A stretch of DNA of 60,278 bases, filler included, from Stramenopiles sp. TOSAG23-6 (Eukaryota), in NCBI GenBank assembly GCA_900128565.1. It is 14 parts of 14 records of this genome, joined end to end, with 100 filler letters (N's around TTAATTAATTAA, not from the genome) between each part and the next. Parts side by side here need not be neighbours in the genome. Positions count along the whole stretch, not along the records: positions 21,624 to 25,836 come from LT637224.1; positions 25,937 to 30,146 come from LT637225.1; positions 30,247 to 34,453 come from LT637226.1; positions 34,554 to 38,760 come from LT637227.1; 10 more parts are not named here. The stretch is one strand, 5' to 3'. Shown one piece after another: positions 23,571-34,683 of this stretch. The position numbers were made by a program, and so were the translations under genes. The notes under the pieces were generated by a model. That model ran no database searches, was not told where the DNA came from, and saw only the letters and a list, made by a program, of their open reading frames with translations. Position 1 is the stretch's first letter. Every line of letters begins with the position of its first letter.

Positions 23571-25832
23571 ATGATTTCTCTACTATTGATTATTGTACTA
23601 TGTAATACAATTATTGATCAAGTGAGTTCAATGTCGCCGTGTGAAGAAAAGTTTAATATTGTTTTTCGCTCCAACAATTGTGAATCTTTGAAACGATTCA
23701 TTTATGACGGCGATGAACCTCGAAAACGTTTCGATGGTTATAGTTTTGCATTTGCAAATGCAGGATCGGGCGTGATTCCATTTTTTCACAAAAACTGCTG
23801 TCCACTGGTTGGAGAAGTCAAAGGGGTTTGCGAGAAAGAGCTTGAAAAAACCACACTCACTGATGAAAGAAAGAAAATTAAAGAACATTTTTATATTCCA
23901 ACATCAAACCTTAAAAATGCTTTCTGTCGTTACGAATTCAGTAATTCAAACAATGTAATCAATGGTAAAGATGCGGAACATTTGCGTTGTCGTCAGAAAA
24001 TTAGGGAAATGTATGGTAGTAGAGGCAAATGCAAGTTTATTTTCAACTCTTCCACGAATCTATCGATAAACGATGATGCTGCTGGTTGTTGTGATTTAAG
24101 TGTAACTGGTACTGCATGTGGTGAACCGCTGAAGAATGCGTATTTTGATTTGCTTGGCTTAGACGAAAATAAGTTTTGTATACAGGAAATGTCGAAAAGA
24201 ATGACAAAGGGGGGGAAATGGATGTGGAATCATATATTTTCACGTGGGAAAGAGGTTTGTGATAAAATATTTGATATTCTCGGACATACCTCTTGCTGTC
24301 AACAATTTAAAAAACTCAACGCTAATGATGACGACATCAAATTTTGTGAAAAGAGTTCGAATCTCTTTAACGAAGGTTATTGTGATTGGGCACTGGGAAC
24401 CCCGCCGCCGCTTGAAGATAAATTAGAAAATGACTATAATATTGATGTCACAAGCAATAATTTATCCAATTCTCTGAAGAAAATTAAAATTTTTAACGAA
24501 AAAATATGTCCAAAAGCTGAAGCAAAAGCAGAAGCAGCAGCAGCAGAAGCAGAAGCAGCAGCGGCGGCAGAAGCAGAAGCAGAAGCAGCAGCAAAAGCAG
24601 AAGCTGTTGTAGGAGAATTAGTAGCAGCGGCGGCAGAAGCAGAAGCAGAAGCAGCAGCAAAAGAAGCAGCAGCAAAAGAAGCAGCAGAAGCAGAAGCAGC
24701 AGCAAAAGCAGATCATTGTGATCATGTGGAATGCGGTGATCATGGAAAATGTGTCATCGAAAATAATAGTGCTTCTTGTAAATGTTATTTAGGTTACACT
24801 GGTGATACATGTGACAGTAAAATCAGTCTTTCAGAACGACATGATGTTGCCCAATCTCTATTTATTATCAGTTTTAATCAACAATATGACAAAAAAGCAG
24901 TGTATAAACCACTTGAAAACTTTGCTTCAGATGTATTCATGTATAATGAAAAATGGAATGATGAAAATATTCATCAAATGGATAGTACAGTACATAATCG
25001 TCGTTTAGTTCACAAATCTCAATCCGATATTTTCTATTATAGCGATGAAATAAAAATAGAAGTAAAACAAGGACTTATTTGTGGTGAACGTCGAGGTTCT
25101 ACGATACCATCCAATTGTCTCCAGATACATGTAATTATTCATTGGTTGGCTGAAAAAAACAATCAACAACAAAATACTGAAATCGAAATGCCTTCTGTTA
25201 CTCAAATGCAAAATGTATTTAGTAAAAAAATACAAATAGCTGCTCGTAAATTACCAAAGCCATTTGAATTAATGACTTCAAATCCTTTTAAANTTCAAAG
25301 TATTCAATATACTAATGCTGATAAAGTTACGTATATACATCCTGTTGAAAAACCTTGGAAACCAAAATTTACAAAATATTTACCATATCTTGGAAGTGTC
25401 CTTTTTGTTCTTGTACTAATTTCTTTTGGATTTTACAAACTTTCTCTGTTGAATCGGAAAAAACAACAACTTGGAAAAGTTGGAATGAGACGTGAACGAA
25501 TGAAGAATATATCTCGAGTCTTTTCTGTTTGTTTACACGATCGTAAATTTGAAATTGATAAACTTAACAAAAAAATAGGGAAAAATACAAAAAGAACGAT
25601 AATTGATCCAAGTATAACAACACAATGTAGTATTACTGATGATTCTACTGGACAAGAATGTCACTCTCCAGGACAAGGTGGCAATAATGTATTTGGTAAT
25701 ATCAAAAGAAAACGAAATAGTACAGAAAATTCAGATTGTTTAAATGATGTTGAACCACCAGAAACGCCACCACCTCCATCATGGGAAGAATTTAAATTGA
25801 GAAATTCACCACGTCCACTATTACCTACGTAG
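23571..25832 (+). CDS. Type I membrane protein: signal peptide, Cys-rich region, Ala/Glu helical repeat, EGF-like domain, TM, cytosolic tail
   Basis: CDHVECGDHGKCV...CKCYLGYTGDTC; TM YLGSVLFVLVLISFGFY. Confidence 0.8.
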   Translation: MISLLLIIVLCNTIIDQVSSMSPCEEKFNIVFRSNNCESLKRFIYDGDEPRKRFDGYSFAFANAGSGVIPFFHKNCCPLVGEVKGVCEKELEKTTLTDERKKIKEHFYIPTSNLKNAFCRYEFSNSNNVINGKDAEHLRCRQKIREMYGSRGKCKFIFNSSTNLSINDDAAGCCDLSVTGTACGEPLKNAYFDLLGLDENKFCIQEMSKRMTKGGKWMWNHIFSRGKEVCDKIFDILGHTSCCQQFKKLNANDDDIKFCEKSSNLFNEGYCDWALGTPPPLEDKLENDYNIDVTSNNLSNSLKKIKIFNEKICPKAEAKAEAAAAEAEAAAAAEAEAEAAAKAEAVVGELVAAAAEAEAEAAAKEAAAKEAAEAEAAAKADHCDHVECGDHGKCVIENNSASCKCYLGYTGDTCDSKISLSERHDVAQSLFIISFNQQYDKKAVYKPLENFASDVFMYNEKWNDENIHQMDSTVHNRRLVHKSQSDIFYYSDEIKIEVKQGLICGERRGSTIPSNCLQIHVIIHWLAEKNNQQQNTEIEMPSVTQMQNVFSKKIQIAARKLPKPFELMTSNPFKXQSIQYTNADKVTYIHPVEKPWKPKFTKYLPYLGSVLFVLVLISFGFYKLSLLNRKKQQLGKVGMRRERMKNISRVFSVCLHDRKFEIDKLNKKIGKNTKRTIIDPSITTQCSITDDSTGQECHSPGQGGNNVFGNIKRKRNSTENSDCLNDVEPPETPPPPSWEEFKLRNSPRPLLPT
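24514..24712. repeat. GCA/GAA-rich coding repeat (AEAAAK-like)
   Basis: gcagaagcagcagca arrays. Confidence 0.85.
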
Positions 25833-25947
25833 TAATNNNNNNNNNNNNNNNNNNNNNNNNNNNNNNNNNNNNNNNNNNNNTTAATTAATTAANNNNNNNN
25901 NNNNNNNNNNNNNNNNNNNNNNNNNNNNNNNNNNNNGTCAAAGCAAC

Positions 25948-27946
25948 CTAATACTTGTGTTCTTGGAATTTGTAAACAATAAGAACAGACAGTGGGTCAA
26001 ATAGACATGCCGTAAATCCACGACCAACGTACTTACGTACACGACTTCTATTGCGAGTATGCTGCAGTATTCCTGGGCGACAAAGAATCGTATTTGTTGC
26101 ACATGCTTGTACAGCCCGAGGGAGAGCTCTTACAGTTTTCCCATCATACATGAATCCGCAGCAGTCAATATCAAAATCCATTAATGCTCCATTTAAGTCT
26201 GCTTTTTTATCCAGCTCAATCATCTGCGTAGTTCTCGGCCATCTGGGGATATCTTTATAGTATATATCTCCTATTGCGTAGTACATTGAAAGGACGTTAT
26301 CAGAGAGACAAAAATTCCATCCAAATTGATTATTTCCTATTTCCAGCGCATCTTTCTCAAATATTGGAAGTAAATTTTTCATGCCAGCAGAAGAAAACTC
26401 TTGTAATTGTGCAAGTTTTCCATTGGTTTTATGATGCATTAGGAAGATATCCACATCCCCAGATGAATATAAAGACTTTTCACTGAGAAAAAACTCGCGT
26501 AATGTATCAACAATCTCACCTCGAAGTAAAACATACTTCAATAACATTTCATTTCGCACTTTGGAGTCAGACAAAATCTTCGAGGAATCAAGAGAGTTGA
26601 GGAAGGTATCCAATTTTTCATAACATGAGCGACACTCCAACGAAATATTCATGAATTTTGGAAAAATATTTCAAAAAAATATTCGTTAGGTACAAAATTT
26701 ACTATGAAAAATAAATTTAAAATTGAACAAAAAATAAAACATTCGTCACAGTCAATGCAGCTAAGACAGCACTACCCATAATGGCACATTGACCATGATA
26801 TTGACCTTTTTCGGCAAAATCAAACGTCACTTCAGGATTGTAACCACAGTAGGCATCCAATGCAATCTTAAAATACAGTAAATTGTCGCACACAGAATAC
26901 GTTTGGTCGTGACTTTCATTTGAAGAACTTTTGCACTCATATAGAGCATTTTCTAATGATACTTCTGCTCTCCATTTAGGTATCGCTGCTTTCAAAACTT
27001 CACGTTTTATCTGCAGATACAACTCACATACACGTGCTCTTTTGTCCGGAGTTTCCTCCCACCCACGCATCAAAGTTCTAAACTCTCTCATCTCGGCTAC
27101 TTGAATACCAAGAGCTTCTGCAAGTTGGAACAAACCTTTTTTATTTTTCCAATCAACTACTTTACTAGCTTTACTGTACACATATTGATCTTCTGGGGTT
27201 AATAATACATGCAGCATGGAATAGTCGCCTTCTCTCTTCTGTAATGCAGGCTTGACTTTACAGAGAAACATTTTTAATTCAGATACGAAATAATTTTCAT
27301 CTATCTGAGATTTGAAAAACTCCATTTTGAGCGTTTCTTGTTCCTCTGGAGGTGGTTGTGGTTGCACCGATGGTAGTCTTTTGTCTTTGGGATCGTTGTT
27401 GTTCCAAGAAATTTTTGATATAATATCGTAAATGTTCTTGTTATCTTCAGTATATTCAGGGTCTATTTCGTAGATCGAGTCAATATCACAGTGTGCAATG
27501 TCTGGATTGAGAAATTGAAGAGAATCTGGCTCATCATGATTGTGTTTCGCCGTACCGGCGCCTTTGCCAGCGCTCACACTAGCACTTTTACTAACGCGTT
27601 CGCCCTGGGAGTCTTCTGCAAGTACCCTCCATTTCTTTTCGTTTTCCATTTTTCGATTTGCTTCCCGCAATTTTAACGCTTTTTGATCATATTCGTATAA
27701 TGCATTTGATCTCGCAATATCCAAATCACCAACCCATAACATCGGAAGCTTGTCTTTTAAATATGTAAGAGCCTTTGGTGAAAGGTTTCCCATTATCTCG
27801 TGTATTTTGTCTTTCTTTTCTTCGTCACAGTTTTGCCATGCACTTTGAAATGACTCTTGGAAATATTCAACAACAGAATCATATTTACCAGTTTCGTAAA
27901 GACTTTGTAGACGATATGCAGTCTCTCGAATGCTATAGCCGTCCAT
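25948..27946 (-). CDS. Protein with nucleotidyltransferase-like domain (2 exons)
   Basis: IMGSAVLAAL...SGDVDIFL...DFDIDCCGFMYDG...PRA...RVRKYVGRGF; 94-nt intron. Confidence 0.6.
26651..26744 (-). mobile_element. Introner-like intron, GA..AT in consensus register (or GT..AT at 26647-26740)
   Basis: AC|GAATGTTTT...AAAATTCAT|; both registers give VTNISLE. Confidence 0.75.
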
Positions 27947-28343
27947 TTTAATATCAATTAAACTTTGATGGCAATAACTTCAATCTGAGGGTCAGTCAAA
28001 AAAACAATATATATTAGTCATATTAGTCATTCGTAGAGATGTAAGTGAACATGGAACATATGACGTACTAAAAAATCAGCTGATCGAAATCAATCACATT
28101 TCGATTTTGACCAGTGAAAATTTGACAGCCTACGTAGCTTTCAATTATCTAAAAAAGTGCAAGTTTATCTTATGTAAAAATAATTTTGCTTCGATTAACT
28201 TTTAAATCAAAGTTGAAATAACAATAATACGTCTTCGTCGCAANNNNNNNNNNNNNNNNNNNNNNNGTTACTTTCTCTAAAGAATACCATCATCTGTCTG
28301 CTCAATTTAAAATAAAAAAAGCAGCTGACCTTCATACGTCAAC

Positions 28344-30141
28344 ATGGTTAATGCTGGAAAAGGGCAGCGGAAATCTTCACCGAAAAGGTCAACTTGGAAA
28401 AATGCTTCCGCTATTGTGGTTGGAACAATCATGGGCACTGGAGTGCTAGGTCTTCCAGGGGCTTTTCGAAACCTTGGGTGGATATTAGGTACTCTCTCAG
28501 TCGTAGGTTTTGCATATTCTGGTTTATATTCGGGTTTACTTCTGAGTAGAACTTATACCCTCTACCCTCACTGTGTTTCGTATGCCGATGTTGCCCGTGA
28601 AGTTGTTGGGCATCGTTTTGGTATATTGACAGAAATTTTAATTCTGACAAGCTGGGCTGCTGTTTTACCTTATTTTTTAGTTTCTGCAGCATCCACTTTA
28701 AATATGGCATTTGCATCTAGTGAGTGGTGTTTTTACACATGGACAGCAGTAGTCTGTTGTTTAGTTATGCTTCCACTTCAATTTCGTTCCTTAACGTCTG
28801 TAGCAAATTTTGCTCTTTTATCAGATCTTACAGTAATTTTGGCTTTACTTATTATTGTGTACACTATAGCTACTGAAGACAGACCATATTTTCGTCAAGA
28901 TGATATTGACAAAAGTAAAACTAGTTGGTATCCAGTTGAAGGACATAATGTAGTGGAGGTGTACGTTTTCAAAATTATTTTTTTTACTTAATTTTTTTTT
29001 CGTACGAAATTCCGTACCTAACATTTTTTTTTACTAAAAAAAAATATTTTTTCACAATATGTATACGCAGATTTTTCATCGTTTGTATTTGCCTACCAAG
29101 GTCAATCGATTTTCTTAGAAATCATGTCAGANNNNNNNNNNNNNNNNNNNNNNNNNNNNNNNNNNNNNNNNNNNNNNNNNNNNNNNNNNNNNNNNNNNNN
29201 NNNNNNNNNNNNNNNNNNNNNNNNNNNNNNNNNTTTCAATTTCGAATTTATTTTTTTTTCGTACGAAATTTCGTACCTAACAAATTTTCCTAAAAAAAAA
29301 TATTTTTCACAATAAAAGTACCATTACGTATACATCCCTTGGTGGAAATACGACAGGATTCCTGCCAGATTCTTTACCACATGATGCTCATACAACAAGA
29401 ATGGTGGTTGGTGTTTTACTTTTATATCATATTTGTGTTAGTTTTATAATAACTGCTATTCCATTTGTATCCAAAATCCATTCTCGCTTGTATCCAGAAA
29501 GTGCAAAACTGCTTGCGTCAATCAACTTAAATCAACAGAGTTTGGACAATAATATTGAAATCTGGGAGGATAAAGTGGCACTTTTTCAAGAATCTCCACC
29601 ACTTTCCCCTGCATCTGAAGAATTTAAATTACATAGGGAACGTGAATCATCTGCGTCTTCTTCTAGAGTAAGTACTCAGAATTTCTCTCAAGATGAATCA
29701 GTAGCAAGAGAAATTGCAATTTCGACGACAATTCATTTAGACAATCAAACAGAAAACAAAATACCAATAAAAGTACAAACATCTCTATCAGAGTCACAAA
29801 ATAGAAGCATTTGCAAAGAGTGGCTGTACATCACATCAATACTAATTTTTTGTTGCTTCCTAGTTGCAAATTTGATTCCCTTTTTTGCCGCATTTCAAGA
29901 AATAGTGGGTGCATTATTAGGAGCCCCAACAATGTTTGGTTGGCCAGTTTTATTCTATTTGAGAGCTGCTTCATTAAACCATATAAAAATATCGACATTT
30001 GATAAAATTATGTGCGGGATATTCTTTTTTGTACTAATGCCAACGTGTACTATTTTAGGCTTTACTGCAGCTATGCGAGTATTAATTAGTAATTGGAGTA
30101 CATATGGGAAACCATTCGATTGTTTAATACGACCAGAATAA
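28344..30141 (+). CDS. Amino-acid transporter (AAAP/Aa_trans), multi-exon with N-gap
   Basis: GTIMGTGVLGLP..LGW, SYADVA, FAYQGQSIFLEIM, NLIPFF...VGALLG. Confidence 0.9.
28961..29062 (+). mobile_element. Introner-like intron GT..GT (102 nt)
   Basis: GT|GTACGT...CAATATGT|; restores VEVYADFSSFVFAYQGQ; the nearby AG is out of frame. Confidence 0.85.
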
Positions 30142-30376
30142 TTAATNNNNNNNNNNNNNNNNNNNNNNNNNNNNNNNNNNNNNNNNNNNNTTAATTAATT
30201 AANNNNNNNNNNNNNNNNNNNNNNNNNNNNNNNNNNNNNNNNNNNNCATCATGAATTTTTTACCAAAATTTTTTTTTTTTTTTTTTTTTTTCGTAAAAAA
30301 AAAAAATAAAAAAAAAAAAAAATTGTACCTAACAAACAAACCAAAAATAACATTGAAATATTGTACAAAACTACAG

Positions 30377-32047
30377 AATCGTCGTGATGTGAAGAAAATG
30401 TCAGGAATAAAAGAAAAACGTAAATCAATTCAAGCCGAGTCTAATAAAAGATTGCAAAATATACGAGAAAATGCCGCTGCTTCAAAAATACAGTCTTTAT
30501 TCCGCATTAAAAAAGCTCGCGATGAAATTAGAATTCGACAAAATGAGAATGAGGCAGCACTTGCTGCTGCAAGTAGCCCTGAGGAACGTGAACGTTTGAA
30601 GAGAAAGCAAGCAGATGAAATGGCAGCTATGAAAATGGCTGGTTCTATGAAGAGTCTCATGGCTGATAAGTTGGCAAAACAGAAAGCAGCAGAACGTCAA
30701 GAAGCTGAAAAAATAGAGAGTGCTCATGTTCAACATGAATTGGAACAGCATAGTGCAACGTTACTCCAAAAAATGTATTTTTTATTTTTTTTCAAATTTC
30801 ATTTTTTTTTTATAGTAAATTTTGTACCTAACAAATTTTTTTTTTTACGAAAAAAAAAAAAATATTTTTTACAAAAAATGTATCGTTCAAAGCGGGATCG
30901 TGATCATTGTACAAAGCTTATCAAAGACTTGAGAGCAAAACATGGTAATTCGATATCTATTGCAGAGTTACGTGCTCGATCCAAAGCTGAATTGGAAGAA
31001 ACAAAGAGGAAAAAAGAAGCTGCAGCAATCAAACTAAAGCTTGCAGGAAATGCAGAACAAGAAGCAGAAATGCAGGCGGCAACCACACGGTTGCAAAGTA
31101 TGTTTCGAGGTTCAAAAGCAAGACAAATACGTAGAGATAAACAAGCTGAATTTGAGAAGCGTGAAAAAGAAGAAAAGCAAAAGGACAAAGCAGCATTACA
31201 AATGCAAATGTTATTCCGTGGGAAAAAAGCTAGAAGTGCATATGACTTGAAAAAGGCTGAATATGAAAAACGACGTCAGGCTCTGTTAGAACAGGAAGGT
31301 ATGAAAGAAGAATTAGAAAGATTAAAGAGGCAACAAGATCGAGAGCTTTGTGCCTTACGTGTCCAATCGGTAATGCGATCTAGATGGGCTCGAAGAAAGG
31401 CAAAAGATATGGCTCGTCGTAAAGAACGCGCTCGCCGTGAGGTCCAACGAAGGCTTAATGAGAAAAATTCGGCTATTATTATTCAATCAATGTATCGTTC
31501 TCGAAGAGACAGACAACAAATTCAGGCGATGCGACGTCAAGCTAAAGTTGCTGCAAGGAAGCGTGCTAAAGCATCAGCTGAAGTTGACGCACAAACAAAG
31601 CAAGAGGAAGCATTGCAGCAAGACAAATGGATAGAATATTGGGATGAGGGAGCCCAAGCTTATTATTGGTTTAATCCAAGAACCCAAGAAGCTAGGTGGG
31701 ATAACCCCAATGATGATAGCACTGACACACATGCAGGAATGGAATCAACCACAATGGACACTGGGTATGAGAGCGCATATACTCATGGGACGGTAACTGA
31801 CTATGATACAGATAATGTAGATTATGGCTATAATGATAGTAGCAATGAATATGGCTATCAGGCGGAAACACAATACGATGAATATGGTAACCCTATCTAT
31901 CAAGACGCAGGATATGGAGAAGAATCATATGGCGCTGGTAGCTACTCTGAAACTTCTGGAGCATCAGAATGGACAGAACACTATGATGATGCCAGTGGTC
32001 AGACGTATTATTTTAATGCTTCTACTGGTGAAACTCAGTGGGCATGA
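30377..32047 (+). CDS. IQ-motif coiled-coil protein with two WW domains, 5' partial
   Basis: IQSLFR, LQSMFRG, IQSMYRS motifs; WIEYWDEGAQAYYWFNPRTQEARWDNP; upstream partial intron ends CTACAG. Confidence 0.85.
   Translation, partial: NRRDVKKMSGIKEKRKSIQAESNKRLQNIRENAAASKIQSLFRIKKARDEIRIRQNENEAALAAASSPEERERLKRKQADEMAAMKMAGSMKSLMADKLAKQKAAERQEAEKIESAHVQHELEQHSATLLQKMYFLFFFKFHFFFIVNFVPNKFFFLRKKKKYFLQKMYRSKRDRDHCTKLIKDLRAKHGNSISIAELRARSKAELEETKRKKEAAAIKLKLAGNAEQEAEMQAATTRLQSMFRGSKARQIRRDKQAEFEKREKEEKQKDKAALQMQMLFRGKKARSAYDLKKAEYEKRRQALLEQEGMKEELERLKRQQDRELCALRVQSVMRSRWARRKAKDMARRKERARREVQRRLNEKNSAIIIQSMYRSRRDRQQIQAMRRQAKVAARKRAKASAEVDAQTKQEEALQQDKWIEYWDEGAQAYYWFNPRTQEARWDNPNDDSTDTHAGMESTTMDTGYESAYTHGTVTDYDTDNVDYGYNDSSNEYGYQAETQYDEYGNPIYQDAGYGEESYGAGSYSETSGASEWTEHYDDASGQTYYFNASTGETQWA
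30775..30879 (+). mobile_element. Introner-like intron GT..AT (105 nt, 3n, no in-frame stop)
   Basis: Removal restores IQ motif LLQKMYRSKR; 12-nt direct repeat at junctions. Confidence 0.88.
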
Positions 32048-32168
32048 GTTTGAAAGATTATTACTGTTATTATATTAATATAAAGAGTTTCTTTTATGTA
32101 CCTTTTATCTTCTTTGGTGATTCTATGAAAAACACTCCAATCAACACAAACGATGTTGCTATTGTTAT

Positions 32169-32858
32169 TCACTCTTCAAAAAATGCAACATACTGCGTAT
32201 GCCCTTTTGCAAAGGTAGAAAAACTCACATGTTGATTAAATTCATCAGATACAAGGAACTCTTCAAAAATGTTGCGCCGCGCAGAAAATGGAAGGTCATA
32301 AAATTTAAGTTCATCTAAATCCAAAGCAGTTGTATCAGCCGAACTGTCAACGACTGGAATCTCTGGGTCCGCAGCAATATAGTCTTGACTTCCTTTTACA
32401 TATGGGATGAAACCTTCTGACTTGACCTCCTCGGATGCTGAAGAAAAATCGTGGAATATTTTTAGTCGTAGTGATTTAACAAGATGGTGAAAACCAATAG
32501 CATATAAATTTTCATCCATCACGTGAATTTCTCCCCGACTTCTTGGTTCATCGTCCAACAGTGATACCACTGAAAGATCTTCATCGAGTGGTACAAGTTT
32601 ATCGATTGGTGCGTCTTCGGGAATTGGAGCAAGTGTTTGTGTTTCTTCAATGGGAATCTCTGTGACTGATGGTGTATAATTTTGCGTTTTGTAAGGTTGT
32701 TCACTGTAATCTCCGCCTCTAAACTTTTTATTTTTCGATCCTTTTGACTTTTTTGTGTCTTCGTTCTTCGGTTTGCCTGAACAAAATCCGAAGCAACCAG
32801 CATAGGTTCCCTCAATGCTTAATACAAAACATACGAATATTAGGAGTGAAAACTTCAT
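32169..32858 (-). CDS. Secreted protein of unknown function
   Basis: Signal peptide MKFSLLIFVCFVLSIEGTYA; 229-aa ORF. Confidence 0.65.
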   Translation of the reverse strand: MKFSLLIFVCFVLSIEGTYAGCFGFCSGKPKNEDTKKSKGSKNKKFRGGDYSEQPYKTQNYTPSVTEIPIEETQTLAPIPEDAPIDKLVPLDEDLSVVSLLDDEPRSRGEIHVMDENLYAIGFHHLVKSLRLKIFHDFSSASEEVKSEGFIPYVKGSQDYIAADPEIPVVDSSADTTALDLDELKFYDLPFSARRNIFEEFLVSDEFNQHVSFSTFAKGHTQYVAFFEE

Positions 32859-33178
32859 GGAATTATAGTAAAGTGTCTAAATGATACTTTTCAAATATGA
32901 ATAAAATAGAGAATGATGTTATTTTAAGGTGAGATTATTGAAAAGATACTAGCTAGCATACCGTAGTATTTTTAGCATGATTTTTGAGATTGGAAAAAGT
33001 TGTATTATTTCGTGTATTTATTTTGTTTTGAACAAAATTTTCTAAAATAACGGCTAGCCTAGATACGGCGTATCTATTTTAAATACGTACAAGTATTTTG
33101 TGCATCTTATCCGAATAACGGTTATCTACACCGTACAGTATCATTTCAAGAAAACAAATCTAAATTATTTCAAAAAGA

Positions 33179-34345
33179 ATGAAGAAGGTTATCTTATCAA
33201 GCTTTGCTGTAGCAAACGTAGCACGATCTGCAATAATTCCTCATAAAGAACTTCTTGACCAATGGGATGTCCTTACGAATGAGTTTAATAATATTAACAT
33301 TGACTCAAACGCTAACACGGAATACCGTACTCTAATGGCTCGTATGCGTTTACAATTAGCGAAATACGCGCTTTTCGCAGATAATTTGGAAAAAATTGAG
33401 AGAGACACAATTCTCGATATCGCTGAAAAAATCTTTCAGAACGTTCATCCTTTGTCGATGCGAGCTCTGGGTAATGTTCTCCGAATTGCTGAAGGTATGA
33501 ATCCTACAAATCCCTCGGAACCTGTTTTGACATTTCTCAACAACTCTAATCCACCACAGCAACCTCCCGGAGAAAACATATTGTTACGTCCTCTTCTAAA
33601 TTTTCAAAACCAAATAACGGCTAGTCCACCCGTTGATCAATTACTTGCTGGTGAGTTAGCAAAACAAGGTTCATGGTTGTATACTGCTTCAAAAGAAGGT
33701 AATGAAGAAGCCGTTCGTCAACTTATCGCTCTTGGTGTTGATGTCAATGACGCTGATAAAGACGGATATACGCCATTGTATATTGCTTCACAGAATGGTC
33801 ATGTTAAAGTAGTTGAAGAACTTCTCAAAGCGAAGAATATTGATGTCAATCTAGCTGCAAAAGACGGCGATACACCATTGCATGTTGCTTCATATCACGA
33901 TCATGTTGGAGTAGTTCGACTACTTATTGAGAATGGTGCTGATGTCAACGCTGTTTATGAGGAATGGACCCCATTGTATATTGCTTCGGAAGAAGGTAAT
34001 GTAGCAGTAGTTGAAGAACTGCTCAAAGCAAAGGGAATTAACATTAATAAGGCTGATAAACACGGAGTTACCCCATTGTCAACTGCTTCACGGGATGGTC
34101 GTGTTGAAGTCGTTAAATTACTTCTTGAAATGGGTGCTGATGTCAATCAGGTTGATAAATTCGAAAGAACCGCATTGTATGGTGCTTCAGAGAAGGGTCG
34201 TGAAGGAGTAGTTAAACTACTTATTGCTGCAGATAAAGTTGATGTCAATAAGGCTGACAAAAACGGAGCTACCCCATTGTTGATTGCTTCACGGTATGGT
34301 CATAAAAAAGTAGTTGAATTACTTAAGGATGCAGGTGCAGAGTAG
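33179..34345 (+). CDS. Ankyrin-repeat protein (~7 repeats), possible signal peptide
   Basis: Repeated GxTPL..AS..G...VV..LL. Confidence 0.9.
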   Translation: MKKVILSSFAVANVARSAIIPHKELLDQWDVLTNEFNNINIDSNANTEYRTLMARMRLQLAKYALFADNLEKIERDTILDIAEKIFQNVHPLSMRALGNVLRIAEGMNPTNPSEPVLTFLNNSNPPQQPPGENILLRPLLNFQNQITASPPVDQLLAGELAKQGSWLYTASKEGNEEAVRQLIALGVDVNDADKDGYTPLYIASQNGHVKVVEELLKAKNIDVNLAAKDGDTPLHVASYHDHVGVVRLLIENGADVNAVYEEWTPLYIASEEGNVAVVEELLKAKGININKADKHGVTPLSTASRDGRVEVVKLLLEMGADVNQVDKFERTALYGASEKGREGVVKLLIAADKVDVNKADKNGATPLLIASRYGHKKVVELLKDAGAE

Positions 34346-34683
34346 AGAGCTTGGGATGAACACCATATGTAACCCCTTTCGAATGGGAAAACAATACCAG
34401 GCCATGACGTATCCATACCCAATGTTCATACAGTGAAGAAAGATATAATAAAANNNNNNNNNNNNNNNNNNNNNNNNNNNNNNNNNNNNNNNNNNNNTTA
34501 ATTAATTAANNNNNNNNNNNNNNNNNNNNNNNNNNNNNNNNNNNNNNNNNNNNCATCATGAATTTTTTACCAAAATTTTTTTTTTTTTTTTTTTTTTTCG
34601 TAAAAAAAAAAAATAAAAAAAAAAAAAAATTGTACCTAACAAACAAACCAAAAATAACATTGAAATATTGTACAAAACTACAG

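Noticed and set aside
24493-24705. Poly-Leu ORF and other short antisense ORFs
   Set aside because: Shadows of repeats or of real genes on the opposite strand.
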